Positions 27,878 to 36,941 are shown, counted from the stretch's first letter. The stretch: 64,000 bases of DNA from Candidatus Omnitrophota bacterium (GCA_017992455.1 JAGOOP010000007.1:2335-66334), one strand, 5' to 3'. Notes: generated by a model from the sequence alone, not told the origin. Numbers and translations are program-made.

Positions 27878-30800
27878 CTACGCGGTAACTGCTTCTGATT
27901 CTGCGCTCGCCGGAACGCTCGACTCCTGCCCTGCCTTCTTCTCTCCGAACTTCACCGATACGATCTTCGAAACGCCTGATTCCTGCATGGTGATGCCGTA
28001 CATGATGTCGGCGTTGGCAATGGTCTTCTTGTTATGAGTGATGACGATGAACTGCGATGTCTGGCTGAACTCCTGCAGTATCCTGCCGAACCGGTCGACG
28101 TTGGCTTCGTCGAGCGCGGCGTCGATCTCATCAAGAATGCAGAACGGCGACGGTTTCACCTTGAAGATCGCGAATATAAGCGCGATCGCAGCCATTGACT
28201 TCTCCCCGCCTGACAACAACAGAACGTTCTGCAGTTTCTTGCCCGGAGGCCGGCAGATGATCTCGATGCCGGATTCCAGCGGATCCTGCTCGTCGATTAG
28301 ATATACCTGGGCGTCGCCGCCGTTGAACAGGACCCTGAAATAGTTCTTGAACTCCTCGCGCACGCGCTCGAAGGTCTCAAGGAACATCTTTCTGGTCGTG
28401 CGGTTGATCTTCTGTATCGCATCCTGCAGCGACGCTTTGGCATTGACAAGATCCGCCTGCTGCTGGGTCAAAAAGTCATAGCGCTTCTTTAACTCATCAT
28501 ATTCTTCGATAGCGACAAGATTGACCGCGCCGTACGAGCTTAATTTATCCTTGAGCTTCGCGACCTCTTCGTTGAGCATATTTTCGTCGATCCCGTCAAG
28601 GAGCACGGCCGGTTCAGCCGGCGGTTCTGCGGCCGGGGCGGTTTCCGCAGAAAGCTGATCAGCCGCTTGTTGAGCAGGCTCCTGTTCCGGCACGGCCTCC
28701 TGTTTCTGCTCGCCCGCGATCAAAGCGGCGGTCTCCTGCGTATCCAGATCGATCTTATACGACTGCAAAAGCTTTTGCCTGATGCTCTGGTATTTGAATT
28801 CGAGGTCCTTTGCGTCCATCTGCACTTCGTAGAGCTTTTCCTTCACCGCATCCGACTCTTTACGCTGCGCCGCGATATCCTCTTCGATCTGCGCGATCCC
28901 TGCCGCGACCGCCTGAGACTGCGCCTGCGCGTCGATAAGCGACGATTTCAAGGCCTCCATATCGGCCCCGGTCTGCCTGATCTTCTTATGCAGATCCTCT
29001 ATCTCAAGGGTAAAGGCGTCCTGCTTAGCCGACATTTCCTGGGACCGCGCTGCCATCTGCGCGATCTCCGCTTCATCCTGAATGCACGTCTGTTCAAGCG
29101 CCTTCAGGCTGCCTTCGTCAGCGCTGCGCCGCTTGACCAGATTCTCCAGCTCGGTCTTCACCTGCGCGATAACGACAAGCACCTCTTCCTTGATCCGGTT
29201 GTTCAGGTTGATATGTTCCTGAGCTTCGTGGATGGATGTTTCCCATGCCGTATGCTCTTTTTCGAGATTATCAATGTCCGCGCGCAGCCTGGCGAGCGTC
29301 TGCTCGAGCGCAGCCATTTCCTGGCCGGCATCGCCTAATTCCATAACAATGATCTGCGCCTCTTCGCTGATCTTATCGAACTGCTCCTTGACACTCTGCT
29401 GGACCGTCTTCTTGCTGGAAAGCGCGACTTCCTTATCCTGGACCTGCCTGACAAAATCCGCGACCATGCCGCTCAATTCCTGGATCCTGGCTTCTTTACC
29501 AAGCTTCTCGTTTTTGAGCACCGCGATCCGCCCTTCGGCAGCGCGGATGTTCTCCATGACCTTCTGCGCGTCGAGATCGATCGGCTTTGCCTCTCCGGCG
29601 ATGCGGTAACCCTGCAAAGGCTGTGCCGGATATCCCTGCGCTGACTGCTCCTGCGACGGCCCGGCCTGCGCGTCCCCGGTATCCCTGACCTTGACCACAA
29701 GGCCGGTAATGCGCTCGCTCGGCGCTTTATCAAGGTAAATGGTCGCGTTCATGGACTCGCTGATATCGTCATACTGGCTCTTCAGCCGCTCAAGGAACTC
29801 CCGCTGGGATTCAAGCGCATGGCGCTGGCGCTCCATATTCTCCAGGTCCTGATTGATCCCGAGCAGCGATGCATTCTCCGCGTCGAGTTCGGCCTTCATG
29901 GCAGCCAGCCTGTTGCCAAGGTCCGCGTATTCGGTCTCCAGCTGGGAAACCTCTCCGTATATCTGGGCAAGCGATGACTCAAACTGATTTCTTTCTTCCG
30001 ATATCTTGGCCCGTTCAAGCTCCAGACGCTTTTTCCGGGCAAGCAGCACCTGCTCTTTTGAAGTGAGGCCCGACAATTCGTTCTTCGCCTGCGACACCCG
30101 CACCGCCAGGTCCATAATGTTCTTTTTTGCCATCGCGATGCTGTCCGCCGCTGTTTTAATGGCCGCCACGACCGCGCTCAACTGTTCTTCGTTACCGTGC
30201 AAAGCGGCCGTCTTATCCTCGATGCTCCTGGCAATGACCAGGAATTCCTGCCGCAGCCTGCTCAATTTTTCCGTATCCTGGATCAGGCGCTCTTTGGTCT
30301 GCGTGATCTGCGATCCGAGATACTGCTTTGACGAATCGAGCTCTTTTATGCGCTCCGTGTTGAACTCGATATGTTGATTGTCATGGGCGATCGTATTCTC
30401 GAGGTTGACCAGGTCGTTCTTGACCATGGATATCTTCTCTTCATACCCCTTCAGCTCTTCGCTGCGCAAAGAAAGCTTCAGTTCCGCTTCCTGGATCCGG
30501 CACGTAATGGCCTGTTCCTGAGCCTTCAACCCTTCTATCTGCGCAAGGAACGCCGCCTTCTCTTTGGCGAGGTTGTTCTTCTGCACCGCAGCAAGGAACA
30601 ATTCTTTTTTCTTGAGCTCCTCGAACGCCGCCTGATACCGGCGCGCCTTGTTGGCCTGTCGTTCCAGGTAACCGATGGAGCGCTTCACCTCGGCGATGAT
30701 ATCATTGACCCGCAAAAGGTTCTGCTCGGTTTCTTCGAGCCGGCGCAGCGCCTCGCGTTTTTGCGACTTATATTTGGTGATGCCGCTTGCCTCGTCGAAT

Positions 30801-32962
30801 ACCATGCGGCGTTCTTCCGGTTTCGAGCTTAACACAAGGTCGATCTTGCCCTGCGCGATGATCGAATAGCTTTCCGCGCCGACGCCCGTGCCCATCAAAA
30901 GATCAAGGATATCCTTCAACCTGACCTGCGAGCGGTTGAGCAGATATTCGCTGTCGCCGGACCGGAAGATCCTTCTGGTGATCATGACCTCGTCGTGGTC
31001 GTATGAGAAGAACCGCGCCTTGTTATCAAAGGTAAGGCTCACCTCAGCCATGCCCAGCGCCTGCTTGGTGTCGGTGCCGTTGAAGATAACGTCCTCCATC
31101 TGCGTTCCGCGCAGGGATTTGATCGATTGCTCGCCGAGCACCCAGCGGATAGAGTCGAAGATATTGCTGTTATGAACGATGATATCCTGCGCGACGAAAT
31201 TATGGTTCACCGGTATGGAAAGGTCATACACCCATTCAGGCGCAGCGACTTTGCAGACGGAAACCACCTCATCCCAATACACCTGAGAAACGGCCAGCTG
31301 CTTGAGATAATCATGGATGCACCGCGCAAGGCCGGTCAGATCGGCATATTCGGTGATAATATGAAGCGCCTCGGACAACCCCTGCCGCGACGGCAGGCAG
31401 CGGTTTTCATAATACGCGGCGAGTTTTGGGGAATATGTTCTCAGCTTTTTCACGGACACGCCGGACAACTGAACCAGCTTCTTAAATAAGCCGTTCACGC
31501 CCGGAATAAGATCAAAATTGGGGTTCGCTTGGGCATGCATATTTTTGATCCGGTCCAGATCATCCGCTTTCGCGCCGACAAAACGCAAATGGCCGGCCAG
31601 CGTCTTTACATTGTCCAGTCCGTAAATATAAACGGAATAATACGGCCGCCTGGTCTTATTCTCCGTATTGGCTGCATATTTCAGCTTCTTTCGGAGCACT
31701 GATTGCACCCCGAGTCTCAACAATAAACTTCTGACGCCGACTGCAAGGTCATTCGATGCCGTTGCATACTCGATATATGCCGTTTTGTTGCCGCGCGCAC
31801 GCCCAACATCAGTCCGTATATACGCGTCTCCCTCGAATAACGCCGATAAAAATTCACCCGCAATCTCAATGCCGGCATTCTGTATCAATTCCGGCACTTT
31901 CTTTTCGCTCGAACGGCTTTCAATACCGACGCCGAACGCTTTCTCAAGATACTGGCACAATGCGTGAGAAAAAATGATAACATCTTTTGCAGACGCCTTA
32001 TACCGGAATTCCTTCGCTTCAACAGAGAATGCGTCCTGAGCGCACGCAATATAGTCGTCGACAACCGGCTGATCTTCGTTCACAAACCGGACTTGATTTC
32101 CTTTGCTCGTCCTTCCCTCTGCTAACAGATACCCAAGAAAACGGGCGACAGACCTGTTTACGGTTTGAGGCAGACGGAGCGTGCCTGAACTGCGCGATTT
32201 TATACTTTGGACGAATCCGGGCGCCTGTTCACATCCGATACGTTCGAGAGCGGCGCAAAAATCGACGACATTGATCGCCTGCCGGGCAGACGCCGATCTG
32301 ATACATGAAGAATAAGAATTATGAACGGCGGATCGGCACGCTGTCGCTTCCTCCTGCCCGTCGCTTGACTCAAGGAACCGCGCCAGATCTTCCGAGAACG
32401 GGATATACGTCAGGTCTTCTCTCTGAAAACGCTTCAGTATCTCGAAATTATCGATCTTATCGCACGCGTTGACAGGGCTGATGGCCCGCGGGCATGCGAT
32501 AGAAACGCCCGCTTGCAATTCTTCAGCTTTCAATGCGAATACCTGCCCGTCCTTAATGCTGAAGAACGGATGGTAATGCGTTGTCACGACGTTCCTGCCG
32601 GATCGAGTGGTTACGGACAACAGATACTCAGGAGCTTTTCGTTTGATAAATGAATACACGGACTTCGGCTCAAGGGACATGGTGTGCGGGTTCATTGAAA
32701 GCACGCGAATGCCTGCCGGATTGTCCCCTGTCATGACGCCGTCATCGAGCTTCCTGACGTCAGAGGACTGCGCCAGAGCCTTCTCGACCAGGGCGCCGAT
32801 CTTGACCTGAACGCCGTTATCCAGCGTCACCAGTGAATCGTAATGCAGGCATTTCCCACACCCGTTCGGACCCACGACCGCGGTGATGCCGGGCTCGAAA
32901 TCAAGCACGGTCTTGTCCATGAACGATTTAAATCCGACGATCTCGAGCTTTTTAAAATACAT
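27878..32962 (-). CDS. smc: chromosome segregation protein SMC, interrupted by an in-frame intein
   Basis: The N-terminus is MYFKKLEIVGFKSF...GPNGCGK, and it continues after the insert as SNIFDSIRWVLGEQS. There are long coiled coils. The C-terminal head has LSGGEKSMAAIALIFAIF, CILDEIDAALD and QFIVITHN. GGAGGA precedes the ATG. The host protein is 1133 aa after removing the insert. Confidence 0.9.
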   Translation of the reverse strand: MYFKKLEIVGFKSFMDKTVLDFEPGITAVVGPNGCGKCLHYDSLVTLDNGVQVKIGALVEKALAQSSDVRKLDDGVMTGDNPAGIRVLSMNPHTMSLEPKSVYSFIKRKAPEYLLSVTTRSGRNVVTTHYHPFFSIKDGQVFALKAEELQAGVSIACPRAISPVNACDKIDNFEILKRFQREDLTYIPFSEDLARFLESSDGQEEATACRSAVHNSYSSCIRSASARQAINVVDFCAALERIGCEQAPGFVQSIKSRSSGTLRLPQTVNRSVARFLGYLLAEGRTSKGNQVRFVNEDQPVVDDYIACAQDAFSVEAKEFRYKASAKDVIIFSHALCQYLEKAFGVGIESRSSEKKVPELIQNAGIEIAGEFLSALFEGDAYIRTDVGRARGNKTAYIEYATASNDLAVGVRSLLLRLGVQSVLRKKLKYAANTENKTRRPYYSVYIYGLDNVKTLAGHLRFVGAKADDLDRIKNMHAQANPNFDLIPGVNGLFKKLVQLSGVSVKKLRTYSPKLAAYYENRCLPSRQGLSEALHIITEYADLTGLARCIHDYLKQLAVSQVYWDEVVSVCKVAAPEWVYDLSIPVNHNFVAQDIIVHNSNIFDSIRWVLGEQSIKSLRGTQMEDVIFNGTDTKQALGMAEVSLTFDNKARFFSYDHDEVMITRRIFRSGDSEYLLNRSQVRLKDILDLLMGTGVGAESYSIIAQGKIDLVLSSKPEERRMVFDEASGITKYKSQKREALRRLEETEQNLLRVNDIIAEVKRSIGYLERQANKARRYQAAFEELKKKELFLAAVQKNNLAKEKAAFLAQIEGLKAQEQAITCRIQEAELKLSLRSEELKGYEEKISMVKNDLVNLENTIAHDNQHIEFNTERIKELDSSKQYLGSQITQTKERLIQDTEKLSRLRQEFLVIARSIEDKTAALHGNEEQLSAVVAAIKTAADSIAMAKKNIMDLAVRVSQAKNELSGLTSKEQVLLARKKRLELERAKISEERNQFESSLAQIYGEVSQLETEYADLGNRLAAMKAELDAENASLLGINQDLENMERQRHALESQREFLERLKSQYDDISESMNATIYLDKAPSERITGLVVKVRDTGDAQAGPSQEQSAQGYPAQPLQGYRIAGEAKPIDLDAQKVMENIRAAEGRIAVLKNEKLGKEARIQELSGMVADFVRQVQDKEVALSSKKTVQQSVKEQFDKISEEAQIIVMELGDAGQEMAALEQTLARLRADIDNLEKEHTAWETSIHEAQEHINLNNRIKEEVLVVIAQVKTELENLVKRRSADEGSLKALEQTCIQDEAEIAQMAARSQEMSAKQDAFTLEIEDLHKKIRQTGADMEALKSSLIDAQAQSQAVAAGIAQIEEDIAAQRKESDAVKEKLYEVQMDAKDLEFKYQSIRQKLLQSYKIDLDTQETAALIAGEQKQEAVPEQEPAQQAADQLSAETAPAAEPPAEPAVLLDGIDENMLNEEVAKLKDKLSSYGAVNLVAIEEYDELKKRYDFLTQQQADLVNAKASLQDAIQKINRTTRKMFLETFERVREEFKNYFRVLFNGGDAQVYLIDEQDPLESGIEIICRPPGKKLQNVLLLSGGEKSMAAIALIFAIFKVKPSPFCILDEIDAALDEANVDRFGRILQEFSQTSQFIVITHNKKTIANADIMYGITMQESGVSKIVSVKFGEKKAGQESSVPASAESEAVTA
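31169..32851 (-). mobile_element. intein (561 aa) with LAGLIDADG homing-endonuclease domain, inserted in the SMC P-loop
   Basis: Starts at Cys38 (CLHYDSLVTLDNG) and has block B VVTTHYH. LAGLIDADG motifs are FLGYLLAEGR (32114-32143) and FLSALFEGDA. The C-terminal blocks read WVYDLSIPVNHNFVAQDIIVHN, followed by the +1 Ser. Confidence 0.85.
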
Positions 32963-32986
32963 TATTCCTCCGTCGTAGAATAGTCA

Positions 32987-33157
32987 TTATGCCTGGGATT
33001 GCTGCTCGATCCACGAGTCGATCTTCTCTTTGCGAAAACGCCATTGCCCGACGAGCTTGAGCGCCGGGATCTTGTTATGCTTGAGCCAGTCGTAAATGGT
33101 CCTGCGGCTTACGCGCAGGTAACCGGAAAGGTCATCTATTGTCATAAGGTCATTCAT
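32987..33157 (-). CDS. excisionase-family (MerR-like) helix-turn-helix DNA-binding protein, 56 aa
   Basis: Below the ORF-track size cutoff, found by hand translation. Reads MNDLMTIDDLSGYLRVSRRTIYDWLKHNKIPALKLVGQWRFRKEKIDSWIEQQSQA. This fits the excisionase-type HTH pattern (L.vs..TiY.w...g.iPa.k.G..wrf....i..W). It ends 24 nt before smc. Confidence 0.6.
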   Translation of the reverse strand: MNDLMTIDDLSGYLRVSRRTIYDWLKHNKIPALKLVGQWRFRKEKIDSWIEQQSQA

Positions 33158-33166
33158 ATGGATTAG

Positions 33167-33194
33167 ATTATATATAAAACCAAAAATTTGTCAA
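33167..33194 (-). promoter_or_regulatory. sigma70-type promoter of the HTH-smc unit (leaderless geometry)
   Basis: On the minus strand: TTGACA (33194-33189), a 16-nt spacer, TATAAT (33172-33167), then 9 nt to the ATG at 33157. No Shine-Dalgarno. Confidence 0.45.
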
Positions 33195-33212
33195 GCATAT
33201 TTTTGCTATACA

Positions 33213-33290
33213 TGACATAAAAGTCATAAAAAGTTCATAGATAAGTAATAAGATGGCAAATAAGTCATAATTATTCATGAATTGACATAA
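33213..33290. promoter_or_regulatory. array of five WGWCATAA-like boxes in an AT-rich intergenic region
   Basis: The boxes are TGACATAA at 33213, AGTCATAA at 33222, AGTTCATA at 33232, AGTCATAA at 33263 and TGACATAA at 33283. The palindrome ATTCATGAAT lies at 33274-33283. Box spacings are 9, 10, 31 and 20 nt. Confidence 0.3.
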
Positions 33291-33375
33291 TCATGCAGAT
33301 CTTAACATTCTATACGGTGTTGGTTTTCGGTGGGATTATGAGGAAAGGGACCCTGAAATGATGGACCTGGTCCTG

Positions 33376-33750
33376 CTATCCGAGAGCGGCCTTGACCTTC
33401 TGGAGCAATGCGTCAAACGTGCAGGGCTTGTGGATAAAATCGCATTTGCCCAGTTCCTGCGCCTGTTTGATCATTCCGTAAAATTCAAGTTCCTTGCCGG
33501 TCATGAAGATGATCGGCGTATCTTTCGTGTCCTTGTCCTGGCGCAGCAGGATACCCACGGCATAGCCGTCCATATCCGGCATAACGATATCCAGGATCAA
33601 CAGGTCCGGTTTGAACTCCTTGACCCTGCTGTTTATGTCTTTGCCCTTGGAAAGCGCAAGGACTTCGAAACCGTTGGAGATGAACTTCTTTTCCAGGATC
33701 GAAAGCACATCGGGCTCGTCATCCGCGATCAGGATCTTTTTCATGGCCAT
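33376..33750 (-). CDS. single-domain response regulator (CheY-like receiver)
   Basis: KKILIADDEPDV..., phospho-acceptor context LLILDIVMPDMDG, and the conserved IIFMTGK. Confidence 0.85.
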   Translation of the reverse strand: MAMKKILIADDEPDVLSILEKKFISNGFEVLALSKGKDINSRVKEFKPDLLILDIVMPDMDGYAVGILLRQDKDTKDTPIIFMTGKELEFYGMIKQAQELGKCDFIHKPCTFDALLQKVKAALG

Positions 33751-33776
33751 CTCCGTCGGTCTTGCTGCCTCTTTGC

Positions 33777-34979
33777 CTATTTATGCAGAACTTCTTTAAA
33801 TTTCCTGGTAAGAGCGGGCACGATCTCGAATATGTCGCCGACGATGCCGTAAGTCGCGACCTTGAAGATCGGCGCGTCGGGATCTTTGTTGATCGCGACG
33901 ATGACCTTCGACGACTGCATGCCGACGAGGTGCTGGATCTGGCCCGAGATGCCGCAGGCGATATACAGCTTGGGCGCGACCGTCCGTCCGGTCTGCCCGA
34001 CCTGATGGGAATACGGCATCCATCCCGAATCGACCGCCGCGCGCGACGAGCCGACTGCGGCGCCGAGGACCTGCGCCAGTTCTTCGAGCATTTTGAAGTT
34101 CTCGTGATTGCCGAGCGCCCGGCCGCCGGACACGATAATATCCGCCTCGGCGAGATTCACCAGGTTCTCGACCTCTTCCACGACGTCGAGCAAAGTCGTG
34201 CGGTTCGAAAGGTCTGTAGCGGTGAATGTTTCCTTGATGATCTTGCCTTTTCTGCGTTTGTCGAGTTCGGGCTGGACGAATACCTTGTGCCTGACCGTCG
34301 CCATCTGCGGACGGTGATTGGGCGAAATGATCGTGGCCATGATGTTGCCGCCGAATGCCGGTCGGGTCTGCAGTAATATCTTGCGGTCAGGATCGATATC
34401 AAGGCCGGTGCAATCCGCAGTCAGCCCGCAGTCGACCGTAATGGCAACACGCGACATCAAAGACCTGCCGATGATCGTAGCACCGCTCAACACCGCTTCC
34501 GGTTTATATTTTTGGATCAATTTGATGACAACTTTTGAATAGGCTTCGTCGAGGAAATTCGCAAGCTGCGGCGCATCGGCGACATACACGGTATCGGCTC
34601 CGGCGCAGATCAATTCCTGGGCTCCCATGTCGACATTATGGCCTATCAGCACGGCGCCGACGTACGTTCCCAGCTTGTCGGCGAGTTCCCGCGCCTTGCC
34701 GACGAGTTCGAACGACACGGACTGGACCTTGCCTTTTTTCTGCTCGGCAAAGACCCACACGCCTTTGTGATCACTGAAATCTTTTTTAGGCTGCGCGGCG
34801 GCGGGCTTTTCAAGCAGGATCGCCTTGAACTTGCATGCGGGCACGCAAGCGCCGCACAGATTGCATTTATGAAGGTCGATCACGGCCTTCTTGTTCACGA
34901 CCGTGATCGCGCCGAACGGACAGGATTTGACGCACAGCGTGCAACCGGTGCATTTTTCTGCGATGATCTTGATTGACAT
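33777..34979 (-). CDS. etfA: electron transfer flavoprotein alpha subunit with N-terminal 2x[4Fe-4S] ferredoxin domain
   Basis: Two Cys clusters, [12 protein letters not shown] and [12 protein letters not shown], are followed by an EtfA/FixB body ending in the FAD-binding region ([23 protein letters not shown]). Confidence 0.85.
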   Translation of the reverse strand: MSIKIIAEKCTGCTLCVKSCPFGAITVVNKKAVIDLHKCNLCGACVPACKFKAILLEKPAAAQPKKDFSDHKGVWVFAEQKKGKVQSVSFELVGKARELADKLGTYVGAVLIGHNVDMGAQELICAGADTVYVADAPQLANFLDEAYSKVVIKLIQKYKPEAVLSGATIIGRSLMSRVAITVDCGLTADCTGLDIDPDRKILLQTRPAFGGNIMATIISPNHRPQMATVRHKVFVQPELDKRRKGKIIKETFTATDLSNRTTLLDVVEEVENLVNLAEADIIVSGGRALGNHENFKMLEELAQVLGAAVGSSRAAVDSGWMPYSHQVGQTGRTVAPKLYIACGISGQIQHLVGMQSSKVIVAINKDPDAPIFKVATYGIVGDIFEIVPALTRKFKEVLHK

Positions 34980-34989
34980 TTATTTTCCC

Positions 34990-35787
34990 CTAACCCGTAA
35001 TGACTTCTTTTAAAAGCCCCGCCACTTTATCGACGATCTCGCCTGTTTCTCCGGTGATGATCTGGCCTCCGGTGCGGTGCGGAGGAGTGAATATCCTGAC
35101 CACATTGGTCGGAGAACCTGAAAGGCCGAGATCCTTGGGGTCCGCATCGATATCCTTTGCGGTCCACACCGCGATCTTCGCCGATTTTGCCCGCATCATG
35201 CCTTTGAGCGACGGGATGCGCGGCTCATTGATCTCTTTGACAACGGTGAACAACACCGGCAAAGGCGCTGAGATGACATCATATCCCTCTTCGGTCATGC
35301 GCTCGACCTTGACCGTGTTGTCCTTGACCTCTTCGATCTTCTTCACATACGTCACCTGCGGGATATCCAGGTGCGTAGAAATCCCGGGGCCGACCTGCGC
35401 GGTATCGCCGTCGGAGGCCTGCTTGCCGCAGATGATCACGTCATACCCGCCGAATTCCTTTGCCGCCTTTTTGATCGCGCACGACAACGTGTAGCTTGTC
35501 GCCCAGGTATCGCTTCCGGCGAACGCGCGGTCGGACACAAGCACCGCGTCGTCGCAGCCCATGGAAATCGCTTCGCGCAAAGCTGCCTCTGCCTGGGGCG
35601 GCCCCATGGTGATAACGATGACCTTGCCTCCCATCTTCTCTTTCAGCCGCACGCCCGCCTCGATGGCGTACATGTCGAACGGATTGATGATGGATTTCAC
35701 CCCGTCGCGGATCAACGTGTTGGTCTCCGGATTTATCCTGACGTCGGTCGTTTCCGGGACCTGCTTGATGCAAACGATTATGTTCAT
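34990..35787 (-). CDS. etfB: electron transfer flavoprotein beta subunit
   Basis: MNIIVCIKQVPET...INPFD...; 265 aa EtfB/FixA family. Confidence 0.9.
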   Translation of the reverse strand: MNIIVCIKQVPETTDVRINPETNTLIRDGVKSIINPFDMYAIEAGVRLKEKMGGKVIVITMGPPQAEAALREAISMGCDDAVLVSDRAFAGSDTWATSYTLSCAIKKAAKEFGGYDVIICGKQASDGDTAQVGPGISTHLDIPQVTYVKKIEEVKDNTVKVERMTEEGYDVISAPLPVLFTVVKEINEPRIPSLKGMMRAKSAKIAVWTAKDIDADPKDLGLSGSPTNVVRIFTPPHRTGGQIITGETGEIVDKVAGLLKEVITG

Positions 35788-35789
35788 TG

Positions 35790-36941
35790 TTATTTCCCTA
35801 ATTCTTTGATCATCTGCAAACCGATGATATTGCGCTGGATCTGGTTCGTGCCTTCATAGATCTGGGTGATCTTGGCGTCGCGCAGGTATTTCTCGACCGG
35901 GTAATCCTTCATGTAGCCGTAGCCGCCGTGGATCTGGATCGCGTTATCGCATACGCGGAACGCCACGTCCGATGCGAACAGTTTCGCCATTGCCGAGGCA
36001 GCCCCGACATCCTTATCTCCGGCGTCGATGGCGCGCGCGCAGGAATACACCAGCGCCCGTGCCGCTTCCAGTTCGGTCGCCATGTCGGCGATCATCCACT
36101 GGATGCCCTGGAAGCTCGAAATGGGCTTGTCGAATTGTTTGCGCTGACGGGTATATTTCGCCGCAAGTTCAAGAGCTCCCTGGCCGATGCCGAGCGCCTG
36201 CGCCGCAACCCCGGGCCTTGACATATCGAACGTGCGCATGGTCACGATAAAGCCCATGCCTTCTTTCGCAAGGAGGTTCTCTGCCGGGATCTTGCAGTCG
36301 TTGAAGATAAGTTCCATGGTGGAAGACGCGCGGATACCCATCTTGTCTTCCTTCTTGCCAAAGGTAAAACCCTTGGTGCCTTTTTCCACGATGAACGCTG
36401 ACGCGCCGCGCGCGCCTTTGCTTTTATCCGTGATCGCGACGACCGAATACGTCTCGGCGTCGCCGCCGTTGGTGATGAAATGCTTGGTGCCGTTCAGAAT
36501 ATAATAGTTTCCTTCCTTGCGCGCCGTGGTCTTGATGGAACCGGCGTCAGACCCTGCCTCGGGCTCGGTCAGGCCGAAGGCCGCAAGCTTCTTGCCCTTT
36601 GCCAGGTCAGGAAGGTATTTCTTCTTCTGCGCGTCGTTGCCGTACAGGACGATCGGGAATGTGCCGAGTGCGCTTGCCGCGTAGCAGACGGCAATGCCGC
36701 CGCAGGCGCGGGATAATTCCTCGGTCGCGAGGCACAGGTTCATGACGCTCACGCCCATGCCGCCGTATTCTTCAGGGATGAACAGGCCGAAAAGGTCGGA
36801 TTCCGCGATCACCTTGATGACTTCCCACGGGAACTCTTCTGTCTGATCGTGTTTCGCTGCCACCGGCCTGATCTTTTCTTCAGCGATCTTATGCGCGAGT
36901 TCCTTGATCATCTTCTGTTCATCGGTCAAAAGGTAATTCAT
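35790..36941 (-). CDS. acyl-CoA dehydrogenase (short-chain / butyryl-CoA dehydrogenase-like)
   Basis: 383 aa. FGLTEPEAGSDA, QIHGGYGY...YPVEKYLRDAKITQIYEGTNQIQ. GGAGGA precedes the ATG. Confidence 0.9.
   Translation of the reverse strand: MNYLLTDEQKMIKELAHKIAEEKIRPVAAKHDQTEEFPWEVIKVIAESDLFGLFIPEEYGGMGVSVMNLCLATEELSRACGGIAVCYAASALGTFPIVLYGNDAQKKKYLPDLAKGKKLAAFGLTEPEAGSDAGSIKTTARKEGNYYILNGTKHFITNGGDAETYSVVAITDKSKGARGASAFIVEKGTKGFTFGKKEDKMGIRASSTMELIFNDCKIPAENLLAKEGMGFIVTMRTFDMSRPGVAAQALGIGQGALELAAKYTRQRKQFDKPISSFQGIQWMIADMATELEAARALVYSCARAIDAGDKDVGAASAMAKLFASDVAFRVCDNAIQIHGGYGYMKDYPVEKYLRDAKITQIYEGTNQIQRNIIGLQMIKELGK

Noticed and set aside
32963-33375. parS-like site or origin-type features next to smc
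   Set aside because: I found no TGTTNCACGTGAAACA-like palindrome and no DnaA-box clusters. Only the heptamer array reported separately is present.
33358-33852. 164-aa plus-strand ORF overlapping the CheY-like gene
   Set aside because: It is antisense to a textbook receiver domain and has no motifs of its own.
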